Below, piece after piece: positions 12,686 through 25,815 of a stretch of DNA of 64,000 nucleotides. Location of the stretch: positions 34,350,001 through 34,414,000 of the forward strand of contig CM119371.1 of the NCBI GenBank assembly GCA_051294905.1. Reading direction: 5' to 3'. The notes beneath the pieces were generated by a model. It was not told the DNA's origin and did not search any database. It was given only the letters and a program-made list of their open reading frames with translations. Both the position numbers and the translations under genes were made by a program. How positions within the stretch are numbered: the first letter of the stretch is position 1; every line of letters begins with the position of its first letter. The stretch comes from Botryllus schlosseri. Its lineage: Eukaryota.

Positions 12686-12787
12686 GCGTAGATATCTGAA
12701 ACAGCAGATTGCAGCAGCCTAACAGCAAATTGAAGGAACTAGAACAAGTATCTGCTAGCGATGTCGGTCTACTAAGCTAATTGTGAT

Positions 12788-13333
12788 ATGGCTTTAAAGA
12801 GGTTGCAGTACGAATACAAAAAATTTACAGAAGAGCCGATAAATTCTGCCATTCGAGCAGGACCAGTCGACGATATCGACCTGTATCGGTGGTGGGCTAC
12901 CATCGGAGGACCGGAAGGAACGCCGTATCAAGGCGGCCTGTTTCGAATTCTGATAGATTATCCAACGGAATATCCTTTTAAGCCGCCGAAAATGCGATTT
13001 GAAACGAAAATATTTCATCCAAATGTCAGCCGGAAAGGGACTATATGTGTAGATATTTTGCAAAAGCAATGGTCGCCAGCGCTTACGACATCGAAGGTCC
13101 TGTTGTCCATATGCTCCTTGCTTGCTTCGCCCAATCCAGACGACCCGATGGACCCGGAGAGTGCGACCCTGTATATAGAAAACCCCAGGGAGTACGCCAA
13201 ACGGGCGAAGCAATGGACCGAAATGTATGCCATGGATACCACCGCCCTTAAAAGTAGAGCCCACTCAACGGTGCCGAGATGTTCACCACCAGGGCAGTCC
13301 TTTTCAACTGATGCTCGTATTGAGTCTGTCTAA
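12788..13333 (+). CDS. Ubiquitin-conjugating enzyme E2, UBE2D/Ubc4-5-like, intronless paralogue 1 (181 aa)
   Basis: Complete UBC fold: MALKR start, YPFKPP, HPN motif, catalytic Cys87 (codon 13046-13048) in HPNVSRKGTICVDIL, WSPAL, SKVLLSICSLL, PNPDDP, ending ..WTEMYAM. Followed by a 32-aa C-terminal tail. No introns. Confidence 0.95.
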   Translation: MALKRLQYEYKKFTEEPINSAIRAGPVDDIDLYRWWATIGGPEGTPYQGGLFRILIDYPTEYPFKPPKMRFETKIFHPNVSRKGTICVDILQKQWSPALTTSKVLLSICSLLASPNPDDPMDPESATLYIENPREYAKRAKQWTEMYAMDTTALKSRAHSTVPRCSPPGQSFSTDARIESV

Positions 13334-13456
13334 TTGAGGTGAGGATAAGAAAGATACAGTAAATGTACTTAAGAAGATGATAGTTCTTGATCACTGATTA
13401 TTATGCGCAAGGTTTCCTGCGACTCTCTTTGATACGGTGTAACCATTGGTGATTAG

Positions 13457-14275
13457 TAGGGCGGTTTTTTTTTTACCTAAAAAACAGAAAATTTTGACCT
13501 AAAAAATCAAAATTTTGACTTTTTTTGACCTAAAAAAACTGAATTTTGACCAAATTTTGACCTAACGTATGCAAATTAGGTGTTTTCCCAAATAATGGTA
13601 AAATTGTACCGGTTATCTACATTTCCGGTTGTAACTGGCTGTCCCAACGAAGTAGTTTGGCCTGAAAAAACGTTTTTGGCTTAGAAACAGGCAACTTTGT
13701 ACATATAAAAAACAATATTTTAACGAAATCTGGCTCTATGAAGAATTCCAGTGGTTGCAATACGTATTATGGCGGAAATAATTAAAAAAAAATTGTAGTA
13801 CAACGAGAGATACTTTCCTATATTCTTGTGTAAAAAGTGCATGTCCTTACTTGCCAAGGACGTTCAACAGCAGCAGTTGGCTGACAACACTCAAGTTGTG
13901 CAATGTGCATACACTACTGGTGACGCAATATGTTGCTTCATTCTGACAATGTTGTCTATTACAATTTTTCATCATGCGCTTTTTCAATATAAGAATGATG
14001 CCCCAGTTAGGATATTGCGGTACGTTGACCATTGACCGTTGATGATTCAGTATGAGCAGACAATGCGCCGTTTACAACAGTAGGTATATAAAGTAGACTA
14101 CAAGCTGTAAAATATCAAATGATACGTTCACAGACACTGCAAAATCTACGATACAAACGAAATAAAGACGTAAAAAAATTTTGACTTTATGAACAATTTT
14201 GACAAATTTTGACCTAACGCTACAATTTTGACAAAATTTTGACAAATTTTGACAAGTCAAAAAAAAAACGCCCTA
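13457..14275. mobile_element. hAT-type MITE with AATTTTGAC subterminal repeats, 123 bp downstream of the paralogue 1 stop
   Basis: Ends TAGGGCG(G)TTTTTT / AAAAAACGCCCTA; perfect TSD GTGATTAG (13449-13456, 14276-14283). Confidence 0.9.
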
Positions 14276-17200
14276 GTGATTAGTGATTACAGTCAGTAAA
14301 CCTGTTCATCATCGAAATATACCGACCTTTCGAAATATGTGTTAATGGAGATTGGTCAAAGTTAAACTAAAGCACATTCGATGAGTAATGTAATGAGTTG
14401 GCGAACAAGTCATTCTCGATTGTAATATGACTTTAGCTCGGTTATAGTCCGCGGCGGCAATGTTGCATCTCCCAGCGTGCAAGAAATAATCAGGTATATG
14501 TCTCTTATATATAGCATTCCTTCAATAGTTGGCATAAATATGTAAGAATATATCTGTTGTAACTTCCTCTTTTTTCTTGTCAATCTATTGATTCTAATTA
14601 TAATGTCGAGCTAAGCGGCATATGAAACTCACGGCGATGTACTGGAAATATGAACTTATGAAAGTTATTAGGCTAATGAATATCACAAATTGACAAACGT
14701 CTGCGAACTGCAGTGTTTGCGATGTAAAATCAGTACACGTTAAGACGCATTTAATGATAATCATTGAAAAGTCGATAAAGGACATGGGATAATGGACAAA
14801 TGTACCCAACTATCTCGTATGCACCGCAAGTTTTGCAATCAAATCTTTTTCGATTGACTCAATTTGATATAAACTAGTTGAACATCAAGTTTCACATTGG
14901 ATTATACGTTCTCACACAGCATCCACATTATCGATTTTCTTCGGTTGGATTGCACCACATAGCTCGGTTGCTCAGTAACCATAACATGTTTATTTGAGTT
15001 CGTAACAGCGCGTATGTACTGGCCGAACAAGTGTGAGTTTGTTTGAAAGAGGATGCATACACTATTATGTGTTGATAGCACTTCTTACGGTCGTCCTATG
15101 TTTTGTTGTGAAATAATCTGGTTCGCGTTGTGATGGTGTAGGCCTAATATATGCGCTGGAACCGTGGGAAAATGTCTTCTGCAGAGGCGAGCATGTCAGG
15201 ATCATCGTTTGAGTGGTGGTTTATTGAAAAGTGAATGGATTTCGGCCATAGGAATGGCATTTTGGATCGATTGATGGATCGACATCTAGTTGCACACGTC
15301 TTTGGCAAGGTGCATTACTGTGGAAGTTGAAGACTGCATTTCGTTTTTCATGGACTGTGTTATTGGCGGGACTTGTGAATGCGTGGTATTCGTTGAAGGA
15401 AGACATTAAAAGAACGCTCCCGAATGAGGAATATGACAGTCGATCGGAATCATAGCGTGGAGTTCTTGAAGTTTGAAATGTAATTGCCATGATAGTCTAT
15501 GCTTCATATGTGCGCGCGTGTGAGCTTATAGTTGAATAGTATCCTCATGTGTGATGAGTTCGATATGGTTTTGTTCTGCCGGAAACGGTGGGGGGGGGGA
15601 CAATAATGCGAGATTCTGGGGTGAAAGTATTAGTGTTGTGCTGATTTGATGCAATCGTGCGAATGTAAGTAGTCTCCTACGGTGATGAATTAAAAGATAA
15701 TAACAATAATAATAGTACAACGATAAGTTGCTTCTTGATCTTCAGTTTTTTTTTTGGTTTTCTTCCCTCCACCACCAAACCAGCATTTGAGACATTTTCA
15801 GGCTAGAATCAAGCTCAGGTGTCACATTAACTAAATATGTATTCTAATAACTAAGTAATTTATTGGCTGTGTGTAGTATCGATATTATTTTATCATTCTG
15901 ACTACCGGTAACAATATAAATAAGTTGTACAATTAAAAAACGTTTTTAATTTTTCAACAGGTAGAAAAATATGGAGACCATTTAATTTTCAGAAAAAGGT
16001 GAGGATTCCTGGTTTAGATTCTGCTTTGTTTTAGATTGTGCGTTTCTCGATATGTGCCAAATTGTGCGTGGATGATTTAATGGGCAGTATTGGACACTTG
16101 TCAAGCTGAGTGGGAGGTCGATGTAGCCGCCCTGATTGCGACTGCTCCAGTTGCTTGTGTTGCAGATTACCCCCCGGTGTGCCCTACATAGGAATGTCTC
16201 GCCAAGTCCTGCTCGTCGCATGCCATGTGGTATTACGTTATAGTTATGGCGTTACTCAGTTTGCATGGTAGTATATAGTTAATCATTATTTGCCAAATCA
16301 TAAATCTTTGGTGGTTACCATGTTTAGAGTTACAGATTCCGTTGCTGGGCTGTAAATGGCACTGTATCTAAACATCAGTGCATCAAATTTTGTTGAAATC
16401 GTATTTAATTGCTAAATTTCCAGATTTTCCAGCAATCTTTGACTTTTGTGATAACCATTAACTAAAACACAACAATTAAACTATGTAACCTTCTCACTGT
16501 GTTACTGGAGTAGCGTTTATTATGTTGTAAACTTATCTCCTGCTGATAATTATCTTCTATCTAATAATTACTAACAAAGATGCAATTATGACGGAGGTTG
16601 ATGTAATTATTAGTTCGTTGGATTATCTAGATTGGTTCATGCTTACAGTAACGTAATCCAACTGAGATAATGATGATTTATATCACACATATGAGAATGA
16701 TGACGTACATGTTAAATACACGTCCATCATAATATTACTTTTATTATTACGATGAGTTATAATATAATGTTTTATTGCTTTTTTTCAAGCCTCAAGCAAG
16801 AACCAAGTATCATCTGTGCCTCGACTACGCTGTCTCATTCTCTTTTGCTGCATTGGGTAAAGATAGAATATAACACGGTATCTATGAAACAGATGGGGTT
16901 CCCTGAGCCAATCTAAGGGGTTAACTGTAGGTCAAGACACACACTCAACTCATACATATGATTTTTGATGATATGTCAATCTTAGTTGCAGGTTGCAGGT
17001 AATTAGACCCGATATGTAGTCAAAGTGTTACTATTGTGGTGGCATGTAGTGCGTCGTAAATGTCGTATACGCAGCGTAGGTCGGAGTTGGAAAGCCACCC
17101 CCGTCCTTCCATTCCTAAGCTCATTTGCAATTAAGCAATTGGTATAACGCTGTTGCGTTTCGACTGAACAATATGATGACACTTTCCAAGGTGAAGCCTC

Positions 17201-20061
17201 GCATTTCTGAACTGGTGTATGATATGAAACATTAGAAGTCACGCTGATTAGCAATGGATATTCATTATAATGTTTCGTTTTGTGTGAAAATTAATTTTTA
17301 AAGGTTTTGTTCTTCTCAACACTTTGTGCTCTAGTAATGTATAGTAATGTATTAATGTATAGTTGGATGCGTATTGTGGCGGATTTTTATTTGTACGTTA
17401 TCTTAAACTCCACATCACAATGTAGAATATGTACAATAAATAAAAGATTCTATAATAGATATATATACATCAAGCATTATAGCCGTTATTCATTTTTGTC
17501 ATGGATATGAATTTCGCGAAGAAATGTGGAAGAAACGAAGCTGGAGATCACTATTGGTATACCATCTTATATAGATCAGGGGTATCAAACTGAAGTTGCG
17601 TCGCGGGCTGGATGTAGACTTTCATATCGCGAGCCGGACCAGTCACATTATTCCAAAATGCTACCAAAAGTTTTCCCCTGTTGTCCACTACAATACTCAA
17701 TTTTAATACAGCATATGAATCACTGGGCTCGATTCTATCAATAGTTTCATTCGCAAACAACGGAATTGGTAAAATGAGGATGATTGGTCCCCTACTCGAA
17801 AAGTTGCCCGCCCCTGATGAACATTGAACAGAATCAGAGAATAAACGGATACAGCTTGACCAATTAGAAAAGAGGCCAGAGTCAAATCTTATACACAAGA
17901 GCGTATCCCCTTGAACTGGTATAGTGGCAGAAAATGATATAATTTAAAAAGTGAACAATCCGACCATAGTATATTTGTAACTGTGAATATTTCAGAGCTG
18001 TAGAATATGAAGATTACCAAGAAAATATACTTACTGTTAAAAAAGTCAAAGGACGAAAGAAAGCATAGCGGCTACGGAACAGTTCAATTAGAAAACAGTA
18101 GTTTCAAATTAAAATGTTTGATAGTCAGTATTCCAAGTAAAGAGAGATGATATATTTCTGGGGTTGATATACAGGATTCCATGGACCCCTTGGGACTAGT
18201 TTTCATTGATCCATGAAAGGCTAACGTTGAAACAACAAATATAAAACTACAGCATCCTTTATAACATTTGTCCTAATTTTGACTTACTTCCAGCGCCGAC
18301 CTCAACGACTGTAACCTGAATAGATTTAGGGGTTCCCGCTTGAAAATAGGATGAGAACCACTGCTTTATTTGAATATTCAGAAGCGGAAGGGACATTCTG
18401 CTCCTACCTATGTCTTCAGCATGAGTTGGACCATTATGCTAGCTGTATTTTCAATGCATTATTAGGTTCATTGTGACCATAAATAGAAATCTCTATAATT
18501 TTACACATCTGCGTTTCATATTATTCAGAGTCCGTATTGAACCATTATATGAAGTCATCGCTACCAGATTCATTCGGCGTAAACGGATAAATTTACCGCA
18601 CTAGCATTTCTATAGCGATGAATGCGAAAGAGTCATTCTTTTTTATTGCTATAGACACAGAAATTCAGACATACAATAAGATATTAGTATAAGAGTCATA
18701 TATACCTTTAATCATTCGATGCGCTTCGTTTATTAAGGTGTTTACAAGAGAAAATGGTAATGCATTCTAGGCATCGCGTGCCAATATGTCGAACACAAAG
18801 CCAGTGATCTGTGACATTCCAATTCTTACACCACTTTTATATTAGAATTAATGAATCACAGCAATTGTTGAATACGAATTATAAATTCCAATTATATACA
18901 GGGCCACTGCCCCAATTATAATGCTCTAACACTGGTGTAGTCAAGCGACACATACAACGGAGACGGCTAAGCGCCACTCTCTCGTTTGCGTCAAGAGAAA
19001 TAATTGCAATCTTAACACCGACAAACCAAGCGAAAATTTCGATAGAACCGGTGATAATCAAACGTTACTGTCGTACTAATTCAAAATGAAAATTGTAATC
19101 TGATTAGGTCCCTGTGTGAATTTGAATTGTATGATATGAAATTGATACCAGATTTCGATTGCGACTTGGACTTGGATTTGAATCTCAACTATGGAACAGG
19201 ATATGGATTTGAGTATAATAAGTCCACTAAACTCTGCTGGCTGTTCTACAAAACAAACCAGGGCATTCACGAGTATTGCAGTTATATGCTGATAAATAAT
19301 CAGAACCTTCAGGATGACAAGATATTGTGAATGCAGCCAGACTCCTTGGTCGATTTTTATTCAACGGTCAATATGTGACGGGCCTTCATAGACCTCGATA
19401 TCTCGTCTGGTGTTCAATGGATATACTAATGAGTTCAGAAGTAGTTTCTTTTGAGTTGTGAAGTTTCGTTGATTTCTATACCATACCACGCCGTACGCGT
19501 ACTTATTATCGCCACGAAATGTTTCTAGAGTCTACATTGTAGACAAAACCGCTGTTATACTGAGCTCTCGTGTGTTGATGTTCTGTTTTCTATGGTACTC
19601 GAGTTACCTCGCAATCCTGAGTATGCTGCCGTTTTGCCTCGCATCCATTACACAAAACAATATGAGGTTAAGAACAACGCATTCTTTTGGCAAAGAACAC
19701 CGTATACGTGTTACTAACAAAGGGGCTTTCATTGGGGTGGTTCACTTGAGAGTTCATACTGGTAAAATCTTTGCTATGTTCCCAGAACAGCGCGTATGCT
19801 TCTATTTTCATGTTCATGGTGACCTCTACAGCAGACGCGAACTACATCATTGCTTTCAAACCATTACAGCAGCTATGTAGGCAGTATATAGAAGAGTTGT
19901 GTCTTTCAAATTACCACTACTACGAAAACCCGAAAAATCAATAGAGCATTCGTTCATGTGACTTGCTGAGATGCTGCATTCCAAATTTGAAGTGGTGCGA
20001 ATACTCCTTTGATTTATTGCATTACCTATTTCTGTGTGATATGTACCCGCACCCATTGACA

Positions 20062-20491
20062 TAGGGTTACCATATTTTGGAATCCGGAAAGAAGAACACT
20101 TTTTGAAAATTATAGAAGGTGGTTTACCGAAATTTAAAACGGCTGATCTTGAAATATTTACTGGAAATCTTGTTGTGTTGACTTAATGAAAAGGTCATCA
20201 CATTGGCTCGTCTCCCGCATTACCCACTTTTTGCGGTTCTTCTGTGGTGTTGACTGATAATAAGGTCATCGCTTTGATTCAACTCTTGGATGACCCGCTC
20301 AAACGTCCGCATTACCTATTTCGCACCCATTATGCAGATTTTCATTGACCCTGTGCATTTGCCTAGCTGTAAAAGCTGTAAAGGAGGACGAATTGCCAAA
20401 AATGAAGACATTTCAGCGTACTCTGGGGACATTTTTAATTTCCTGAAAACGGAGGACAAATCCTCCTAAATGAGGACGTATGATAACCCTA
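20062..20491 (-). mobile_element. hAT (Tip100-like) MITE, TAGGGTTACCATA family
   Basis: Ends TAGGGTTACCATA / TATGATAACCCTA, GAGGAC subterminal motifs; flanks CATTGACA/CATTAAGA. Confidence 0.75.
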
Positions 20492-23400
20492 CATTAAGAT
20501 AAATAGGAAGGTAGAGTGAATTGCTTCAATTAATTATTTCCTGTGCACTTAATCCTTCATAATCTGAAGCTTAGCACTTAAGAAAATATCTGCAATATAT
20601 TGCATATTATTGTCTCGGTGCAACTGCGAACATGTCGGTATGATCCATGTGTACTGGACTTTACAGTATAGGAATGTTTTGGAAAATTCTCTTATGTGAA
20701 CGTGATGTATAAAGTGCATCTTGTGAACGTTGATTTGCTCTGTTGAAAATAAGCGTAGCTAACTAGCTATACAGTGACACTGGCGCACGCGGATTAAAGG
20801 AATCGTGATATTTAACATTAAATTTGCACATAACGCCCATTCTTTTGGTCGTATTCTTGTCAGTTGGTAGTTAACTCGTCTCAATAGTTAGTAATTGGTA
20901 CGCAGCACTGCTATACAATAGCGTGCAGGCGTAGAGAGGATTGCAGACTATTGAAAAGCGAATCAATATTCAGCAATGCGTAACTCGGCGGCAATCGTTG
21001 AGTTTTGCAAACCAGCATAACGTGGGTGATTCCCCGGGTATATAATATGACGGGAAAAGATGCGATGACATGGCGAGACAAATGGGCTATAAAGCGGCGC
21101 CAATCTCCCGCCGTTACTTGAGTAGGTACTTCCTTTGAAAATTCCGGGAGATTTTCTCGGATCAATAAATTGTAAGTATTTATAATTCTAATCTAGTTTC
21201 CGGCTCTTCTGAAGATGTTAAAAGAAAACTGTATAGGGCGAAATGATCCAAGCTTGGTGTACACTACAGTGTACAACATGCATGCATAAGCAGGTCGTGT
21301 TATATTTGGCATTCAACTCGCAATGCGTCGTGCATGTACCGGGCTCAACTAGATACCGACAAGTGACTTTAAGCGGTAATCCGGGACTACGAGTGTTGTT
21401 GTTGTATTGAATTATAGTGCTCGGCAGCAGTGGCATTGTGCACCAGATCGCTTCTATTTGCATTATTCAAATAAATGTCTCTTCCGGTCAGCAAAACAAA
21501 TTCGATTGCTGGGAGATTACGGCGGGACTGCGAGTGTATCAAGCTTAGTAAAATTGGTACACGCAACTGATGATTTCCCACGAGAAAGCTCGTATGTGCA
21601 ATCAGTAATTCTAACACAAATGGGGTTCCGAATAGCTTTTCTCGCGTCAATTGTTTGCTGGTTATAACGACAAATCAGACTGGATTGCTGTATTTCCCGA
21701 TCAACCTTCGCAAAGCTTTTGATGGAAGAAAGTAATTCCACTTCTCAGGCATACAAAATAACACACTGCCAAAATTGCCAAAGGCTATGTATAAACTTCC
21801 AACACTTACATAGGAATCCCGAGGTCAACTTCAGCTTTACTTGAACTCACAATCCACATTTGTGTAGCAGCTGCGTGGAACGTTATCTCGGCACTAGTGT
21901 ATATGGATGGGTGAAAGAGTGCGCAATGGCGAGAAATTTTGAAAAATGCAAGTAAACAATATCGCAGTGGTGTTACTGAGGAAGAAACCGCGCCGCGTAG
22001 GCATATTCCACTGAGATAACTTCCCTCTTCCGACGTTCGCATCAAGTATATTTCATTGGCATATCACAGTAGCACAGCCTATCGCTGTGCCGTGACAGAT
22101 GTTGTGACTTGGTAATTGATGAGACCATGCTAATGGCTGCAGCAGTAGTTGACTCTGACGATATTGAAACATTACAGTTGAATTCATGAAGTTGGGCATC
22201 TGTACGTATGCCAATGGCTTTCCACTCGCCACAGACGCGTTGGAATTGTGAACACAGACTTCGCTAACAGTTTAGCTATGCGTTCAATTGTGAATATGTG
22301 ACGTAGTACCTTCTTACGTAGCCTACGTAGCCTGAGTGTGAAAAATGCCAATGGGATGGGAAATAACATGTAGCTAATTGAACAAGCTACCATTTTGGGT
22401 TTATATATTTGCAATTCTGAGTCTGATGGGGTCAGTGCTTTACCAAACATAAAACTCGCCGCATGTCGCTGGCGTAAACCCGACAGGTTCTGATTTCTTC
22501 GAAAATAGAAGTGCATGTATAAAATACAACTGTCCCCCACATACCGGTTGGTGTACTAACTCCCGTATTTCCGTCAGCACGATGACCGTATATGCATTCA
22601 ACAGGGCCTTGCCAAGCGCATTCGCCCAGCTGATTCATGCTGCTGTGCTGGCATATAGGGAAGATTTATTAGCACAGACATTATGCGTATCTGCACATAA
22701 CTGCTCAAAACTTTATCAAGCTAAAATGCTATGCACCTGTCGAGGGGAAGAAAGAGATTCAATCTCAGCCGCCGTGGCAATTAATTTCGACTCCTCGCTA
22801 TTTCGTACCGGGGAAAGTCCCTTGAGAAATGCCGGCCGGTAAAATGACGACGCCGGTTAATAATGGGAAATGTAAACAACACTAAGCGCATAGTGTGAGT
22901 TACAATGACTCTGGATTGTTGATGTTTGCTATGAAGATCGACTTATCTGTTTAAACTGATTGTTCTCCTGCACAAGCTCGTTATGTACCCAGATATATAG
23001 GATCTGCATACAAAGTCATTGCATGATATCACAAACTGCGAAGTCGAGTATGGCTCACCATCACAAGCTTCATACAATGCGTGGCTTATATTCAAACCAC
23101 GTTTTCAAACATGTATCGTTAAGAAACGCTCCGTAACGCTCACGACAGATAAGGATATCGATTGAAACACAGCACAATACAGAGTCGGACTATAAATAGA
23201 GCCACAAGTGATGTCACGTTCGATTACAATCATATCCGTTTCACGTAGTCTGTATTCCAGACAGCATTACACCAAAATCAATTTTCAAAAATCGTCAAGC
23301 ATGCTGGCCTACTCCTTCGAGCAGATATTGATCACAGGTGGAGCGCATGCAGCAGTGCATATTGGGGTTAACGACCGTTTTCGGAATGCGAAACTCGCGC

Positions 23401-23572
23401 TCAAAAAGAAATCTCCGAAAGGTTCCTGGACACACTACATTACAAAAGCAATGGAATTCCGTTGAAATGTTACCATCTCCAGTCGAAAATAATTAGATAC
23501 GAATTTGTAGTCAGCATCACCGTATTATGCCGTTAGATGGCAACAACATTCAACGGAGTGAACAGACTAGCT

Positions 23573-23996
23573 CAGTGGTTCCCAACCGGTGGGGAATAGA
23601 CTCATTTGGCAAACATTACATACAGGATAGTCCACATATTTACGAGACACATGCGCGATTACCGTTACCGGTTAACTGCGCTGGAATGTATGCATCGAAA
23701 ATTATATCGCGTGTTGCTCACAAAAACTCATTTTCACAGAACAACAGCAGAATTCGCATTGCTTGTTAGACAAACTGTGGTGTTTTCTTGTATTATCTTC
23801 CGATGAAATGTTTCATTTGTTGAATATCATCTGCTTTCTTTACACTTTTCCAATAGCAAGTCCCTGCTAAACGTCTTGCCAAATGTTATGGAGAGGCATT
23901 TTAAAAGGGTATATAGGAGTTTTGGGTATAGTGGGGAATGAAGACTCAGAATAAATCTGAAGTGGGGAATCAAGGCAAAAATGTTGGGAACCACTG
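23573..23996. mobile_element. hAT Charlie/Buster-like MITE
   Basis: TIR CAGTGGTTCCCAAC; perfect TSD GACTAGCT (23565-23572, 23997-24004). Confidence 0.9.
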
Positions 23997-24942
23997 GACT
24001 AGCTTATCCCGCCTTATCAAGACAAAACGTAGCATGGATATGTGATATGTATGCTCTACAATAAATGCGGTCAGACATAATGAGTTTCCTCAGACATGAT
24101 GAATCAGATGGATTCAGATGAATCAAAGCATTATTAGTCGATGACGTCACGGAACAAGTCTCCACAAGGCACAGTTCTCTTATACGAAATCACGTCAACA
24201 AAGTCACCTCTGTTAAAATCGCATATGGAACTGGCTGTCGATTCTGCATAAGGGGGAGGATGAACTTCGAAATCGGAGATGAACAATGAGACTGTTCTGA
24301 TACTTGGAATGTGAGGAAATGATAACATGCAGTCTGACCTCTGACGTATAACATAACAAGGTCATGATACTTCCTATGACCCCATGTGTCCTTTGAAACG
24401 CTTTGGGAAGGTCAGTACACCGAACTAAATCCAGACCAGCATGATGAAATGCCAATAAATCACCAAATGCACGGAATCATACCAGTCAGATGACGGTAAG
24501 CACGGTTGCAGGGGTCATCATTGCAACAATCTCAGCACGAGCGGCAAGAAATTAAGCATGCTAAATTAAAAAGAGACCTCAGATCCGATGAAACGATACC
24601 AACAAGTTACTTTATATATAACATTGGTTGTTCGCTGGGCCAATCTCAAGAATTCACCTAATATCAAGAAACACACCAGACTCTTAGAGAATAAATAGGT
24701 CGCATTGAGATGCATCAAATATTCATTATAATAATTTTGTTTAGATATAAAATCATGTGTTAATGCTTTGTTACTTTTGACGCTGTTGGTTTGTGCACCG
24801 GAATTCTATAGCAGTGTATTACGCATGTAAAGAAGTAGGGCTTGTTGTTGTGACTCAGCAAAAATGTTAGGTTTGTCGAAGGCCTGCAGATTAGCGAAAC
24901 GGTTCCCACTATTAGTAAAGGTTATGAAACATTGCTCTATAA

Positions 24943-25399
24943 TAGGCTTACCATACGTCCTCTTTTAAGAGGATTTGTCCTCTTTTTTGACTTTTTTGAA
25001 AGTGTCCTCGGAGGACGCTCTTTTGTCCTCTTTTTTGAGATTTTGTCCTCTTTTTTGAAAATTGAGGTCAGATATAGAGGAAATTGCGAGTGATATGCCG
25101 CAAATTAGCGCAGAAGTGAAGCTCCGGCGGGTATTTCGGAGGAAAAGCGGTGATTTCAGCTCTGAGCGAAATGAAGACCTTTTTTTTTTTTTTTTTTTTT
25201 TTTTAGTCATCCACCTGGCAATGTAGAGTAAAAAACGTTATTTTGAGATCTGAGCGGAAGTGAAGACCTTTTTTTTTTAGTCAACCGACCGCAAAGTGGG
25301 ACAAATTCACCGGTTTTTGAGAATTCTACTCCGGTTTTGTATCTTGCAAATTTCTGAAAAAGTGTCCGCCTTTTGCATTTTCAAAATATGGTAAGCCTA
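24943..25399 (+). mobile_element. hAT (Tip100-like) MITE, TAGGCTTACCATA family
   Basis: 13-bp TIR TAGGCTTACCATA; TGTCCTC repeats; internal GAAGACC-poly(T) units; perfect TSD CTCTATAA. Confidence 0.9.
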
Positions 25400-25815
25400 C
25401 TCTATAACATCCTGTGATAGGAGCTTCGCTTCACCTATATCGTATACCACTCACGTAAAAAACCAACACCAATCGCATTTTGATTTGTTAACTACTACTA
25501 GAGGCAATATCAGGAGCGTGGAAAGGAAGTCAGAAGCCGCTTTACAATGCTAATGCTTTCGAAAAAGACGATTAAAATAGCCGAAATTAGAGGCAATCGA
25601 TCCGGATTGATGCAGACCTCCACAGACGGTTTCGAGAATGCAGGCTAATATCCATTAAAAATATAAAGTTGTGTAAGTACATTTGTTAAGTGCACTGTCG
25701 AGCTGCTGTGTTACTATTTGATATTAACGAACGGCACAATGGCAATATAGTATTATTTCGTTCTAAAAACTTCTGTAACTTTGCCCTTCAGGTATTATAC
25801 ACGTACCTCACGCAG

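Noticed and set aside
12794..13264. 156-aa antisense ORF (also 29715-30233 and 53458-53643 on the minus strand)
   Set aside because: Antisense shadows of the E2 coding sequences; their similarity to each other comes from the sense-strand constraint.
22150..22180. Possible hammerhead ribozyme core (CTGACGA..GAAAC)
   Set aside because: No stem II or convincing flanking stems; other CTGANGA hits I inspected by eye also lacked the GAAA and stem arrangement.
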